NCBI RefSeq assembly: GCF_009914755.1
Contig: NC_060932.1
DNA from: the human T2T-CHM13v2.0 reference genome, Homo sapiens
Length of the DNA: 64,000 nt
Strand: one strand, 5' to 3'
This document shows, piece after piece, positions 28,533 to 41,590 of the stretch. The notes under the pieces are model-generated. The model was not told where the DNA came from. It saw nothing but the letters and a program-made list of their open reading frames with translations, and did not search any database. A program made the position numbers and the translations under genes. Each line of letters begins with the position of its first letter. The stretch's first letter is position 1.

Positions 28533-28709
28533 CCAATTGCTGGACTTTAGCTGCTATGTGCTCCCCATTTAAGGGCAGCTTAAATTAGAAGTCACTCTTA
28601 ATGAAATGGATTGTCATTGAAGGCACTATGCAGTGAATAGTTTTTCACATCTTATTTTTTTCCATGGTAACTCATTTCTGAAAGTGTAATGAACAAATTG
28701 AAAACATTT

Positions 28710-28845
28710 TTATTCATTCATTTCAAAATTATGTAATGAGTATTTACTCTGTGCTAGTGACTGTGCCAGGGTACTAGACAAGTAATGATGAGAAAGGCAG
28801 TCCCAATTCTTAAGAGTGTGAAATCTTGCAGGGAAGGCAAATATT
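28710..28845 (-). mobile_element. L2 3' fragment
   Basis: ATTCATTCATT...GAGTATTTACTCTGTGCTAG..ACTGTGCCAGG, a typical reversed L2 tail. Confidence 0.7.
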
Positions 28846-29570
28846 TTATTTAAAAAATTTATAAACATCAATTTTTGAAAAGTATTAACCGTATAACATA
28901 ATTGTTTTCTGGAGCTTTCTTGATAATTCTGAATGTGTAACCATCTGCAAAATTTCTAATTCCTAATTGTGACATTCATACCTAAGTTTTTAATTGACAC
29001 CAAAGATATACAGAAAAGCCACAATCTAAATCACTTAAATCAACCTAAATTTCATAGCTTTAAAGAGCAAACATTGTTGTCCGGAACAGAAAGCATCTAA
29101 TCCAATGTGGGGCCATGGTGACTACTTACTGAGATGCCACAATTTGTCATATTATTAAGGAGAATGACTCTCCTTTTACATACTTCACTCCTGGTGTGAT
29201 TACCCACTTCTGTACATAAAAATGAAAAAGGAACCAAGATTAAATCATAAGAAAACAAACCATGTATCTCATCAGAGACACCACTGACAAATAAACATTG
29301 CAAAAGAAAAAAGAGTTTGGCTTTTTCCCTTTGCTGTTGTGACAAAAAACAATAATTCTGCCCCAAATTGCTCATGTTTCAAACCAGGAGGCTAAGGAAT
29401 CAGTCTGCAGCTGCCTGGATTTCAGAAAATCTAGAAAAGTGACAGATATTTGTTTTACACCATACTTTTAGATTTTAAGTCTTGTACTTCCTGACCCTAT
29501 AGGTTAGGGAATATCTGTATCTATATTTCAATAGATGTGTAGTTATAGAGATATAGAAGTAGATGTAAAT

Positions 29571-29593
29571 ACACACACACACACACACACACA
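29571..29593. repeat. (AC)n microsatellite
   Basis: Direct reading. Confidence 0.9.
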
Positions 29594-30059
29594 AACTTAA
29601 GTGTCATAATACCCTAGAGTTTTTACTTGTGAAAATATGTGCCCTTGACCGTAACATTCACTAAGTCTATAATTAATTCATTCAGTTTTTTTTTTAAAAC
29701 CAGGGGTGGAGAACATAACTAGTTCACTACCTAGTTCAATAACTGGTCAAGTAAAATGGATTCTAATTAAACAATCAGTTTATGTATTAATAATTAGTAA
29801 GCAATTCATGTATCAACTTGTGTTTTTAAAGAAAGACCAAATCTCTCTAGACTTTTACCCCATCCTCCAAAAAGTATTACAATATGGTAGATTTAGCTAG
29901 TGTAGACGACTGTCCCATCCAACACACATAAATGTTGAAGAGTATATTGTAAGAATATCTGATATTTATGAAGTACTTTCTATATGACAGGTAGGCTTCC
30001 CAATACTTTGCATGTGTTAACTCATTTGATGTTGTCAATAACCCTTTGAGGTAGTGTAT

Positions 30060-31690
30060 TAGTAAGGGCAAAATAATCCACAACCCCCAAATCACGGTGG
30101 CTTAACATAATATTCATTTGTCACTCATGTCATGATCTATTAAATTTCAGATGGCTCTTCTCCATATAGCAAAAGAACTCAGACATCTTCCATCTTGGGA
30201 GGTCGCCATTGTCAATATGTGGCGTCAGGTCACTCGGGGATGGGGAAAGAATATGGAAGGTTGTAAATGGGATTTTTTATGGGGTAGGGATAGAAATTAT
30301 ATCCATAATTTCCACCCACAATTGGTTGGCTAGAGTTCAGTCTTAGCCCAACTTCAAACTGGCTGAGAAATGAATGTGCCAAGTAAGAATAACAAAAACT
30401 AAGCAGGATGAGCATAGATTTAGTCTTTACTAATATCTGACCCCCTGCTCACCACATACCGATTTTCTCTGTTTTCCCTAGAAGGAGCCGAAGTCCCATC
30501 CAGTCCTTGCCTCCAGCTCAAAGTCTATTATCTTTAGGTGATGTTCATTCTATTTCTGGATGTGGCTCCCAGTTCAGCTACTGTAACTAAAGAGGCAAAA
30601 TATCTTCTCCATCACCTCTGCACTCTTCCCCCACTCCAACACATATATACCCAGGATACAATAGTGTAGCAGGGGTGGGATAACCACAATAATAAATCCC
30701 ATTGAGGAAAGACAGATTGATATATACACAGTAGACTTGTCTAAAGCAATTTTGAAATCTTGCTGGGCAGCCATTGTGAAGGGTTTTAACCCCATCAGTG
30801 GGTGAAATTCCTTGATTAGGTTCTGATTCTGCTCTCCTGAAAGATTCCCTTGTTATTTTGCTTCATAGTTTCAGGCTTTGCCCTCTAAGAAGCTATTCAA
30901 GGCTATCATGCTTGAGTGAAAAGACCACATTTAACCTGGTCTTTGCTGCAAACTTCATTCTTAATGGAACTTTATTACTCAAATCCTTTTTCAGTTTTAA
31001 CCCCTACTGATTGGGATCTAGAAGCAGTCCTCTTTTCAAAAGTCTGTATTTCCAGACTCCCTTTTATTACCCCTTTCATTTTTGCTGTCAAACCTGGCAA
31101 TTTTCACCAGAGATCATTTTGGTTTTGGAATGCCTTGTCAAACACAGACTGATGTAGACAATTACATGCTAAAATTTTGATTCACTCTAGTTACTCCCTC
31201 TAAAACTGTCTTGCATATTATCACAGGTAACATTTTCCTAAGCTTTTTGTCACTGAATATCATGGATTAACATTTTTCTCATCCCCAATATCAGTTTCCA
31301 CTTTGAGTGCTATGCCACAACCTACTGTTTTGGATATTTGCCATGGCAGCACCTGTAACAAACTATCCAACACCAATTAAAAGGTATACATTTCTCAATT
31401 GAAAGTGTAACATCCAAATCTCTAGTTTAACACCATAAATTATACTTCTTGCTCCTCTCACAATTTAATAATGATCACACAGTTCTCAAAGTAGTGATTC
31501 ACAGACTAACACGCCTTCTTTCTTCTGGTGGTTAAATCTTCAACCACTGGCCTCTAATGAACTTATGGAATGGAGATTTATGTATGTGATATTTCTATGG
31601 ATCAGATGTGAAGTGGCCCATATTATTTCCTCTCCTATTTCATTTGCCAGAAATCAGCCACAAAGCCATGAGCAACTCTCTACTTTTCAT
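30060..31690 (-). mobile_element. Old MaLR element (MLT1J/K-like LTR-internal-LTR) inserted in a MIR (MIR halves ~29960-30060 and ~31720-31850)
   Basis: Two similar LTR-like segments (CCCCAAATCACGGTGGCTTAACA at ~30085; TCCAAATCTCTAGTTTAACA at ~31413) flank an internal region. Boundaries approximate. Confidence 0.55.
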
Positions 31691-31989
31691 ATCTCAATCG
31701 CTAGCATTTTTTTATATCTCTGATCTATTTCCTGATGAAGAAACTGAATCATAGGTGGGTTAAGAAATGTATCCAATTTCATCCTACTTGAAAGCAGCAA
31801 TAACTCTAAATCCAGGGTATTGAACTCTGGATCCAGATTCTAATTATTCAGAAATATATTTTAAAAGGATGATTCAGAAAGGGAATCACCAGGTGTCAAA
31901 AGCAAATAAGAATCTCAAAATTCAAACATTTAAAGGAAGAAACAAAATCACAGATGCCTATCAGATCCAGATTGAGATCTTAGGGACTG

Positions 31990-33360
31990 GGAACTGGGGT
32001 TTCAATGTTCATGTGACAAAACGGCACCATTGGGGCAACACAAAGTGAAAGAAACTGGCACTTTTATCCTTGCATAGTGGTGGAACTCTCTTAAGGTGAC
32101 CACTTCTGCCACAAGAAGACTATAAAAAACCTTGGATGCTGAGCTACTAAAAAAGTAAGGTAAATTTGGTGAGAAAAATTATGATCTGTTGAAAAATGTA
32201 AGAAGGCCAAATCTGGGCCACACATGAGTGTTGGGGAAAAAAATAAACCTATCTGCAAGGTGCAGAAAGCCCAAGATAAGAAATTAATGTAAGAACTTGT
32301 CCCAGATAGTAAAACCATAGGTATCCCACCACACGGTCACATGTCAAAACCACAATATAAAAATACTTTCACAACTCAGGGCACAAGAGACTTCTTCAAG
32401 GAAAAAGAAAAAAAAAAAAAAGTAAAAGAAAATAATTGTCCACCGCATAAAATGGATTAATGTGGAGACTCAAAACACACACACACACACAAACAGTATT
32501 ATTAATACCCCTAGGAACTTGAGATACTGGGACAATAAGAAGAAAATTAAAAAATATTAACGAATAAAATTTTTAAGACAAAAAATTAAATAGAAACAAA
32601 TTATCAAAATATACTATACAAAAACAATCAAAATTAAAACTTTCCTAAAAATTAAAAATATTGTTCAAAATTTACTGAATTAATAAAAAAGCAAAATAAA
32701 CTCAATTGAAAAGGGAATTAATGAACAAGAAGGATTATTGTGGAAATAATCTAGAATGTGATACAGAGATGAAAGATAAAAAAAAGAGAAACCGAATGAA
32801 ACATATCATAAAATGATAAAAGTCTGTGATATTTCAAGGGGAAAGAAACATCAATAGAAAGAATGCAAAGGGACAATAATTGAAATGACAATATCTAGAG
32901 GGTTTTCAAAACCAAATAAAAATATACATCCTTTTTAAGAAAAACATGAACTAGTCCTAAAACAAAATCGACATTTAGAGATAAATTACTGAAACCACAG
33001 AACTATTAGACACAGAAAAATAATCTTAGAAACACCAAGTTTGAAGGGCAAATTATCCTCAAATAATAAAAAGTACATGAATGGGGAATTTCTCATCAGG
33101 GATACATAAAATATTAGGTATAAATTTAGCCAAAAAAAATACAAGCCATTTACACTGAAAACTGCAAAACATTGCTAAGACAAATTAAAGAAAACATAGA
33201 GAAGTATACCATTCCTGGATCAAACAACTTAATGGTGTTAAAAGGCAATATTTTCCAACTTGATCTATGATTCAATTAAAATGCAATCAAAAGCCATGAC
33301 AGCTTTTTTTTTTTCAAAAACAGCCAGATAGATTCCAAAATTCATATTTTTATAATTAAA
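31990..33360 (+). mobile_element. Degenerate L1M fragments (5' region/ORF1 and ORF2)
   Basis: A-rich L1 motifs (ACACTGAAAACTGCAAAACATTGCTAAGA, GATTCCAAAATTCATAT). Confidence 0.7.
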
Positions 33361-33364
33361 CTCA

Positions 33365-33917
33365 GTAGTCCCCAAAGATGGGATCTTTCCCTGTTTGATA
33401 TTGCAGAGCCAATACATGAAACCAAAAGTGAGCATCAAGCAGAAGCTTTATTCCATGGCCAAAGAATGGAGAAGCAGGAGCATGGCTCGCAAACCAACCT
33501 CTCCACTAGAAAGGGATGAGGTGATTACAATATAGGGTTTCTCTAATAACAGGGACATTAAAAGTGAGGACATTGGAAGTGAGGGGAGAAATATTCATGT
33601 GTATTTTGGAAATGGGCAGTGAACTCAGAACCAGAGTGTCACCTTTCTTTTTGTCCATTATGGGTTCTTCTGGTCATTTTCATGGCAATTGTCAGCTGTC
33701 ATGATGCTGATGGGAATGTCATTTAGCATGGAAATAAGATTATAATAAAGCCTGAGATATTTTTGACGTCATGTGGTTGGCTCTCTTGGCTGTAACCAGT
33801 CTCAGCTGGTCTAGTTATAAAGGGAAATTTTACTGCAGGCATCTTGTTTCTTAGATAAGTAGAGTTAGAATGGGGTAGAAATTCAGCTACGTCATGGAGG
33901 CATTATAATGGGTGACA
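33365..33917 (-). mobile_element. Solo ERV1 LTR (MER67-like)
   Basis: Reverse strand starts TGTCACCCATTATAATGCCTCCATGACGTAGCTGAATTTC, resembling the remembered MER67 5' end; AATAAA is present on the LTR strand. Confidence 0.6.
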
Positions 33918-34891
33918 ATGTAGGAATGCAAAGGAGTTATTTTGTTTATAGTGAAAATCTTTTTGTCCTCAACTGAAACTAATCTTCTAGGACAAGTCTT
34001 AGATTTCAGAGGCTTTCTAAGGGTAGTTAGTTAATCTCTGTGATTATCATTTTATTCCCATAGGAAGAACTCTGTGACTCCCCTAAAACTTCCAAGAAGT
34101 GAGCAATTGCCACAAAAGGCTGCTTACTTTATGCATCTCATTTTCTGGATGCAGTAATATGACGAGTTTCCATTGGTTGCCTGAGGGTCAGTTTCCTGAG
34201 GAAGGAATTCAGGTAAGACAAATGTAAGTTTCAAGTTTTAAGACCAGGGAGGGTCAAATTATATGTTTATTCAAAAATTTAAATGTGGGAAAATTGGGCC
34301 AATTTCAGCCCCCCTTTTCCATTGACCAGTTCCTCAATCATGAGGAATCTAGTCATCCATCCTCTGGCTCCTTTATGCTGAAGAGGGGCAACATGGGATA
34401 ATGATGAAAAATGAAAATGTCACACCTGTAATTAGAAGTACTCATGAATACCTAGTTGGCCCTGGCATGTTGGAACACCATGATCTGTATACATTTATTT
34501 TGGTTTTAGAACAACCTTTTAAGCCATATTGAACTAGGGGATTAATAACACAGGCAAGCCAAATTTTAAAATACCAGAGACTATGAAGTGGATCCTCCAG
34601 GGAATCCAAGAGAACAATCCTAAGCCTACCAAAAATTATTCCTGATTCATCACATCCCAAATGGAAAAAAAAAAAAACATGGTTGTGAGGAGAACAATAA
34701 CAACCTGAAAAGTGCATGTTTCTTTTATGATTTCTTATCTAGGGTCTTTTGCTGGTCTTTGAATATTAACTTAAGGTCATACGAAGGTTCACAAGACCAT
34801 GACTATTTCCACTGGAAGGATGACAGAGGGACTGGTTTTGCCCAAATATGGTGAATCCACAGCTTAACATAAGCTAACTTGACAGATATAA

Positions 34892-34956
34892 ACTATAAAA
34901 AACCTTGGATGCTAAGCTACTAAAAAAATAAGGTCAATTTGGTGAGAAAAATTATG
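34892..34956 (+). repeat. 65-bp direct copy of 32119-32183 inside the ERV
   Basis: 62/65 identical to ACTATAAAAAACCTTGGATGCTGAGCTACTAAAAAAGTAAGGTAAATTTGGTGAGAAAAATTATG. Confidence 0.95.
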
Positions 34957-34980
34957 GGTTAGGGTTAGGGTTAGGGTCAG
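34956..34980 (+). repeat. Short interstitial telomeric sequence GGG(TTAGGG)3TCAG
   Basis: Direct reading; 34956-34976 is the canonical 21-nt human telomeric G-quadruplex sequence. Confidence 0.95.
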
Positions 34981-35741
34981 AAAAACCTCAAAAAGGCATA
35001 CTTATTGTGTTGCAGTTGATCTTCAGCAGGGTATGATTTTCAAGTCTTCATCAGGACTCAGTTCTCCAGTTCCAGTCCCCCATTTCTGACATAGACAAAT
35101 CATAAAAGGACCAAATTATTTACAAAATAAGTTTCAGTCTTAGTATACTCGGCCTGGTTATTTGCATAAAGCACAACAAGAATTCTTATCCATAGAGGCT
35201 TTTTAAAATGAAATTTGTTGGGACTTTTTCCCTAAAGAATCTCAGATTTAACTTTTAAAGACCTCTTGAGCCCAGCCAAGGATTTACCTGTGTCTGCAGA
35301 TACCTGTATAAATTGGGTGAACAACTTGAGATTCTTGGGCCAGTAGAAAGTAACATGTTTTTCTTATCACACTTCAGGAACCCTGCAAAGATATCTTGTA
35401 GACAAGGTAAAAGGCCAGTCTTTCCAAAGAAGCTTTTATCAGCGGTATAGAGTAAATCTAAGTTCCTCATAGCAGTCTGTTCATATGTGAAAATATGTCG
35501 TTCAGTTAAAGCCTTTGTAAAATAACTAGTGCCTCCAATTGGGTCCTGTTATAAAAGAAAACAGACTCTTATTGAACTTATGCAAATAACTATATTGCCA
35601 TAAATAAAAAATACTTACAAATAGTTTCCAAATTCTGAAGAAATCAAGTAGAGAGAGAGAAATATGCTTCAAATTTTGTATACAAGAATATATACTCTAC
35701 CCAATTGCTAAAGGCTGCAAGTAACTCAAAAGGAAAAAAGT

Positions 35742-36190
35742 GACCAGGTGGTGGCTCATGCCTGTAATCTCAGCACTTTCAGAGGCTGAAGTGGGAAGAT
35801 TGCTTAAGTTCAGGAGTTTGAGACCAGCCTGAGCAACATGGTGAGACCCTGTCTCTACTAAAAGAAAGAACAAAAAATTAGCCAGGCATGGTGGCACATG
35901 CTTGTAGTCCCAGCTACTTGGTAGGCTGAGGTGGGAGGATGATGAGGTTGGGAGGTTGAGGCTGCAGTGAGCCCTGATTGTGCCACTGCACTCCAGCCTT
36001 GAAAGCAGAGTTAGATCATGTCTCAAAAAAAAAAGAAGAAGAAGAAAATAAAGAAAGAGAGAGAGAGACAGAGAGACAGAGAGAAAGAAGAAAGAAAAAG
36101 AAAGAGAGAGAGGAAGGAAGGAAGGAGAGAGAGGAAGGAAGGAAGGAGAGAGGAAGGAAGGAAGGAAGGAATGGAGGGAGAAAGAAAAAT
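35742..36190 (+). mobile_element. AluJ with an expanded GA/GAA/GGAA microsatellite tail (~36030-36190)
   Basis: Divergent Alu body followed by a purine-rich simple repeat; this explains the cluster of low-complexity ORFs here. Confidence 0.95.
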
Positions 36191-38551
36191 ATTTTCTTGA
36201 CTCTGAAAAACAAAACAAAACAAAAAACTTCTATTAGTACAGCCCATGCAATTAATCCCTGTTCTGCTCAATATGGGGACTCATGAACACATTAGCTCTC
36301 TAATGACAGTCCTAGGATTTTTCTCTCTTGTCAAAATGTCACGACCTCCAAAGTTATTGGAAATCTTCATTTAATAGTCCTTTTCATGAATTCCTGTAAA
36401 GAAGCAAGTTTTGGCTGTAGCCGATTAAAAAACACTTTTTGAGAAGAATCAAAGTAAAACAGCAACACAGCCATGGTTAAAGACACAATAGACAAAGAAA
36501 TTTAGTTATTTCTGGGGCATACAACAATTTAATAATCGTAATTATTTTTGATAGCATATACTAAGACATATCAGAATTTTAGGAATTTTATACAATTTTG
36601 AAACACGTATTAATAACACACACACATGCACACACACACACACACATATATATAAAATCCAAAGAAAGTTAAACATCATTTCATATTTGACAATGCTTTC
36701 CTGTATAATTTTAACATACTAAATAACACTAACATGGTACTCTTAGACTTCCAAGGCCCCTAAAGTTAATTTTAATATAACTTTCTAAAGAATCTCATCA
36801 AATTTTAATCAATTTGACCATCAGATAAAATTTCCATAAATTTTTTATAACATTTTACAATTTTCAACTAAAGAGTAGATGAATGCTTCAAGAATACCCT
36901 GTTATTCCAGCACAGGTGCCCAGATGCATCAGTGTGCTTTTGAAATTAATGTTTCATTTATAGAAAAACTCTGAATTATTCTTATCCCTAAAAATCAGCT
37001 CTTACAATCTCACATGCCCACCTCTTTTCCAATAGTCTCTGGGCCTAGAAGGATTGAATAGTTTTAATTTCTGACCCTGTGTCTCACAAAGTGATTTATT
37101 TTGATTGTAGCCTTCTTCCCATTCAGAAGATGAGGCTTTGACTGGAACCAATGTTCAAGATTTAACAGGAGTTGATTCCTTTTTCATATCCAGGAGTGAA
37201 AGCTCTGACTTAACAGCACAAAGACATTAAAAGCAATAAAAAATTACACGCATATAAAAACCCTAATTCTTTTCAATCTCAGTTTTTTGAAGCAATTAAA
37301 AAACCAATAGGAATTATCTTGATAAAATGTAAAATGTTTCTTATACCAGTTACCAAAAAGCAAAGAAATACCTTCTGTAATGTGATGATTTCTCCTTATG
37401 GCTAGCTTCTTTAGATTTGCCATAAGTCAAACCTGATGAACAACTTAGACATAAATTGAAAGTTAAACCTGATGAACATTTTAGCCATACCAAGAAAAGT
37501 CAAGAGTATAGAATCAAGTTATACCTAAGGAAAACACAGCTTTCCTAGACCTTCAAGATAGACAGTTTAGTATCAGGCCACAATAGCAGTTAGAACCAGC
37601 GGAATAAAGTTACAGGAGGTGAGAAAAAAATTGAATGACTCAGGCCTTTTCAAGGGGAGAAAAAAAAGGCCAAAGCAGCAAGACACAATAGAGATGCACT
37701 TCTGAAATATAAATCAGAGAAGTTTTCAGAAAGAGATTATAGAATCAAAATGAAAACCTTTTGTAATTTTATTAAGAACAATAAAAATTTTAGGTAAACC
37801 TTGTTTTAACATAGGGGAAGAATCTTAGAAAGACTATTATAAATAATTCCTCTTAAATTATACCCAAGTTAATCACATACAAAATTTATTTTACAAATTC
37901 TTTTTTCACCAACTTCATTATTATGTACACAGACCATCTATGACATGCTTGGACCTTCTGATTTGGCACATTTTATATGAAGAATTATATGTTAACTAGA
38001 ATTCTTACTTTTAGTAACTTTAAATTTTAGTGAAAAATCTAGGAAGCAAGAAATCCTGAACTGCCTGTGAGATATTGGCATTTTATAGATGAAAGTACTT
38101 CACAGATTTTTAGAAACATGTTTTCTCATATCATAACCCATTCTTAATTGGAACTGACCGAGACATTCAATGAGCATCTGTTACTGAATTTAAAATAATT
38201 TTGAGATTTTAAATTACACAAAAAGTTTACCTACAAGCATTTAATACCATTTATATGTACTCCATTTATTCATTTTTATCAGTTTATTTAGATTACTTCT
38301 GGAAACTGAGATATTAGAAAAAGCTAGTCATCACTTCAAGTTATTTCCTTGTTAACCATTTTTTATAGTCTCTAATTATCAGATATCTATCAGATTTTTA
38401 CCAATTTATCAGATTTTATCAGATATTTACCAAATTTTAACTTAAAGTTAAGCATGTGGGTATACTTATTAAAACTTAGAATATTCAGCTGTTTTCATTA
38501 AACCAACATTATTAAATTAGTTATATTTATTTTTAAAAAGTTACACATATT

Positions 38552-38847
<296 letters not shown>

Positions 38848-40254
38848 AAAGTACACATATAATGATCTCATTTTGTTCTTAGCTGAATTTATAGTCTTAT
38901 AAACGTTTGCTGAACCTTGACACTTTAAAATATCCAGCAGAGGTAAATGTAAAATAATCAGTAAAGCCAGACAAAACATGCTGACAAATTCTGAAGACAC
39001 TTCTATTTCTATTTTACCGGTAATATTACAGTCAGCTTGTTTATTAAAGATTTACTTAAGTCAGGTAAACCTGAAAAATGCTTGGAATTATTTAGTTAAT
39101 ATATGAGTGCTCTTTTATTTATGAGCCCATTTGGTACCCTGTAAACACAACACATAACATGGACACACACACACACACACACCAAGATCCAGTAGCTTTT
39201 AGCTCAGAATTTCAGCCATGAGATAATAGTTAAACTCACTGGTTTACAAACATGTTAATATGGCTGACCTTTGCCCTGATTAGTCATCCAGTGAAGGTTG
39301 TGAACTAAAATTTTGGGTAAAGCAGTTTTCATGGCAGTTCAATTTTTAGACTAAACCTTCCCAGACTCCCAAGAATGCTGGGGCCAAATAACACCACAGA
39401 AGACCATCATGTACTTAGTGGGCCCAACCCTGCTTAAAAAAGCAGCATAAAAGCCTGGACACATGAAATACCATCCTGGTTTTCCTTTCAACTGGAAAAT
39501 GAATCCAATTGTAAGACAGCACTACAATTCATAAACCTTTCAAGATCAGACAAAAAAGGGCACGTCCAGAGTAGTGTGGTCATAGACTTTCCCTTGCTCC
39601 ATCAGCCTACAACTACATTCAGATCAACCATGAAAAATGGATGCAAGCAGGCTGCACTCTGAGATCAAATCCCAACCCCCATGACTACATCGACATACAC
39701 ACAATCACCAAAACATAATGCAACCACTGCAGCAACCAACAAGCTCCAAGAATATCCAAACTGAAACAGTTGAAGGGCTTCCTCTTTCCATCAGCTGGTC
39801 TTGTTCAATCTGCAACAGAAATTCCTTCAGGATCTCTCAAATTGAGAGGAGCCAATCCCACTGTCTGGACTCACAAAGGATACTCACTTGTCTCCACACC
39901 TATAAACAATTACTAACAAGCCCCAGGAGTGTGCAAACTGAAGCATTTAGGGTGCTTCCTTCATCAGATGGGCTGATTCAACCTGCAGATGGAAATGCCT
40001 CCAGAATTTGCCAAATTGAAAAGAGTCATTCTGGCTGTCTGGTATTCACAAAAGACAATCACCTATCCAGAGCTAAATGTCACATTTCAAAGGATGTTCT
40101 TCCTAGGCACTCAGGAACACAGTTGGGGCTGGCAGTGGCAGGGCCAAATAGAGAGAGACTGAAATCCACCTCAGGCCAAAAATGGGCTGGCAGCTGCTTA
40201 GGAGGGCTTCCAAGATTGTCCTGACCCATGGGGTAGCCAAGCCATGATCAATGC

Positions 40255-40273
40255 ATTCCTGGTCAGGGTACCA
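40255..40273 (-). other. Retroviral primer-binding site, tRNA-Glu type
   Basis: Plus strand ATTCCTGGTCAGGGTACCA matches the tRNA-Glu(CTC) 3' end ATTCCCGGTCAGGGAACCA at 17/19, immediately inside the 5' LTR. Confidence 0.8.
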
Positions 40274-40719
40274 AAATCTAAGGGTTTAGGTCCTGTTGTT
40301 TCCCTCACAGCCAGCCAATCACTGAGACAATGAGCACTGCCAGCAAAAAAAGGCTTTTAAGTTGGGTGATGTCAGTGAGAGAGATAGATGCCAAATCACA
40401 AATCTATCTTTCCCAACTGACTAAAATTGAGGGTTTATATAGTGGAGAAGGAATATATGTGGAAGAAAACAGAAATTTGGGGAAACTAATGTAGAAATCA
40501 TGAGAGATGAGGGGTCTGGCATCTAATTGTCTGGGTGTGGAGTTTCAGTTTCTTGCCTAAGGGGGAAACTCAGGTAAGACAAATGTAAATTTCAAGTTTT
40601 AATACCAGGGAGGGTCAGTTTCTATGTTTATTCATAACACCATGAATATTAGTTCTATGGGACAATTCGGCCAGTTTCAGAAGGATCAAGTTTGCGAAGA
40701 CAAAAGGAATGCTCTAAAG

Positions 40720-41056
40720 CAAGATTTAATAAACTATTGCTGACAAGCAAAATCCCATCTGCCATGTGTTTTTGCGTAGTTCATGAGCTAAGAATGGTTT
40801 TCATGTTTTTAAATTGTTGGGAAAAATCAGAAGAAGAACAATAAGTTGTGACACACAAAAATTATATGAAATTAATATCTCAGTGTCCATAAAAAAAGTT
40901 TTATTAAAACACAGCTATACACATTTATTTACATATTATCTAGGATTGTTTTATGCTGTGATGATAGAGTTGAGTAGTTTCGACAGAGACTGTATGGCCT
41001 GCAAAACCTAAAATATGTACCATCTGGTCATTTTCAAAAATAGATTCCAACTCCTG
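40720..41056. mobile_element. MER58B hAT-Charlie DNA transposon
   Basis: ATGAGCTAAGAATGGTTTT...GAGTTGAGTAGTT..GACAGAGACTGTATGGCCTGCAAAACCTAAAATAT; about 340 bp. Confidence 0.85.
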
Positions 41057-41110
41057 CTTTCAGGAAAACTAACTCTGATAGGGAGACAGAATCACCAGTT
41101 TAGACTCAAC

Positions 41111-41132
41111 TGTGTGTGTGTGTGTGTGTGTG
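41111..41132. repeat. (TG)11 microsatellite
   Basis: Direct reading. Confidence 0.9.
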
Positions 41133-41399
41133 TAAGTGTAATGAGGCTAGCCAGTGAGAATGCCTGAGGACACTATAGTTCTTTAGAGATGTTTTAAACA
41201 TTTCTAAACATTATGCAAACAGATTAGAGTCTTGATTCCTTTCTCCAGGACATTCTAAGATTCTAGTGCAAGTTTTTTCACTATCACTCCGGTGGGTTTT
41301 TTATGTGCCATATACTAAGAAGCCCGTGATTGCTAAACTTTGTTAGGCTAAAAAAAAATTTGCAAGAAAAAAAGTTGGCCATCTGGTTGCCTTTCATAA

Positions 41400-41590
41400 T
41401 AATAATAATTGTTAACATTTAATGAGCAATCACTATGTTAGTATCTTCCTCATAAAGACTCTCTGAAGTAATACTACTGTTTTCTTTATTTTACTGATGA
41501 AAGCACAGAGAAGTTAGGAATTTAAGCAATGTAATTTGTAAATGACTGAGCCAGGATTCGAACTCAAGCTGTCTAAATGTATGTCCACCA
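41400..41590 (-). mobile_element. MIR SINE
   Basis: TTTTACTGATGAAAGCACAGAGAAGTTA...GAGCCAGGATTCGAACTCAAG. Confidence 0.8.

Noticed and set aside
34974-34990. GGGTCAGAAAAA as telomerase read-through past the TERC template boundary (expected GGGTTAGACAAAAAA)
   Set aside because: The match is short, A-rich and needs a mismatch plus a gap, so it cannot be told from chance.
35697-36286. Cluster of long ORFs up to 173 aa
   Set aside because: They come from an AluJ plus a purine-rich microsatellite that lacks stop codons.
37424-38440. Small imperfect tandem duplications (~35 bp at 37424-37490; ATCAGAT-rich units at 38378-38438)
   Set aside because: Ordinary slippage duplications inside the ERV internal region, with no sign of function.
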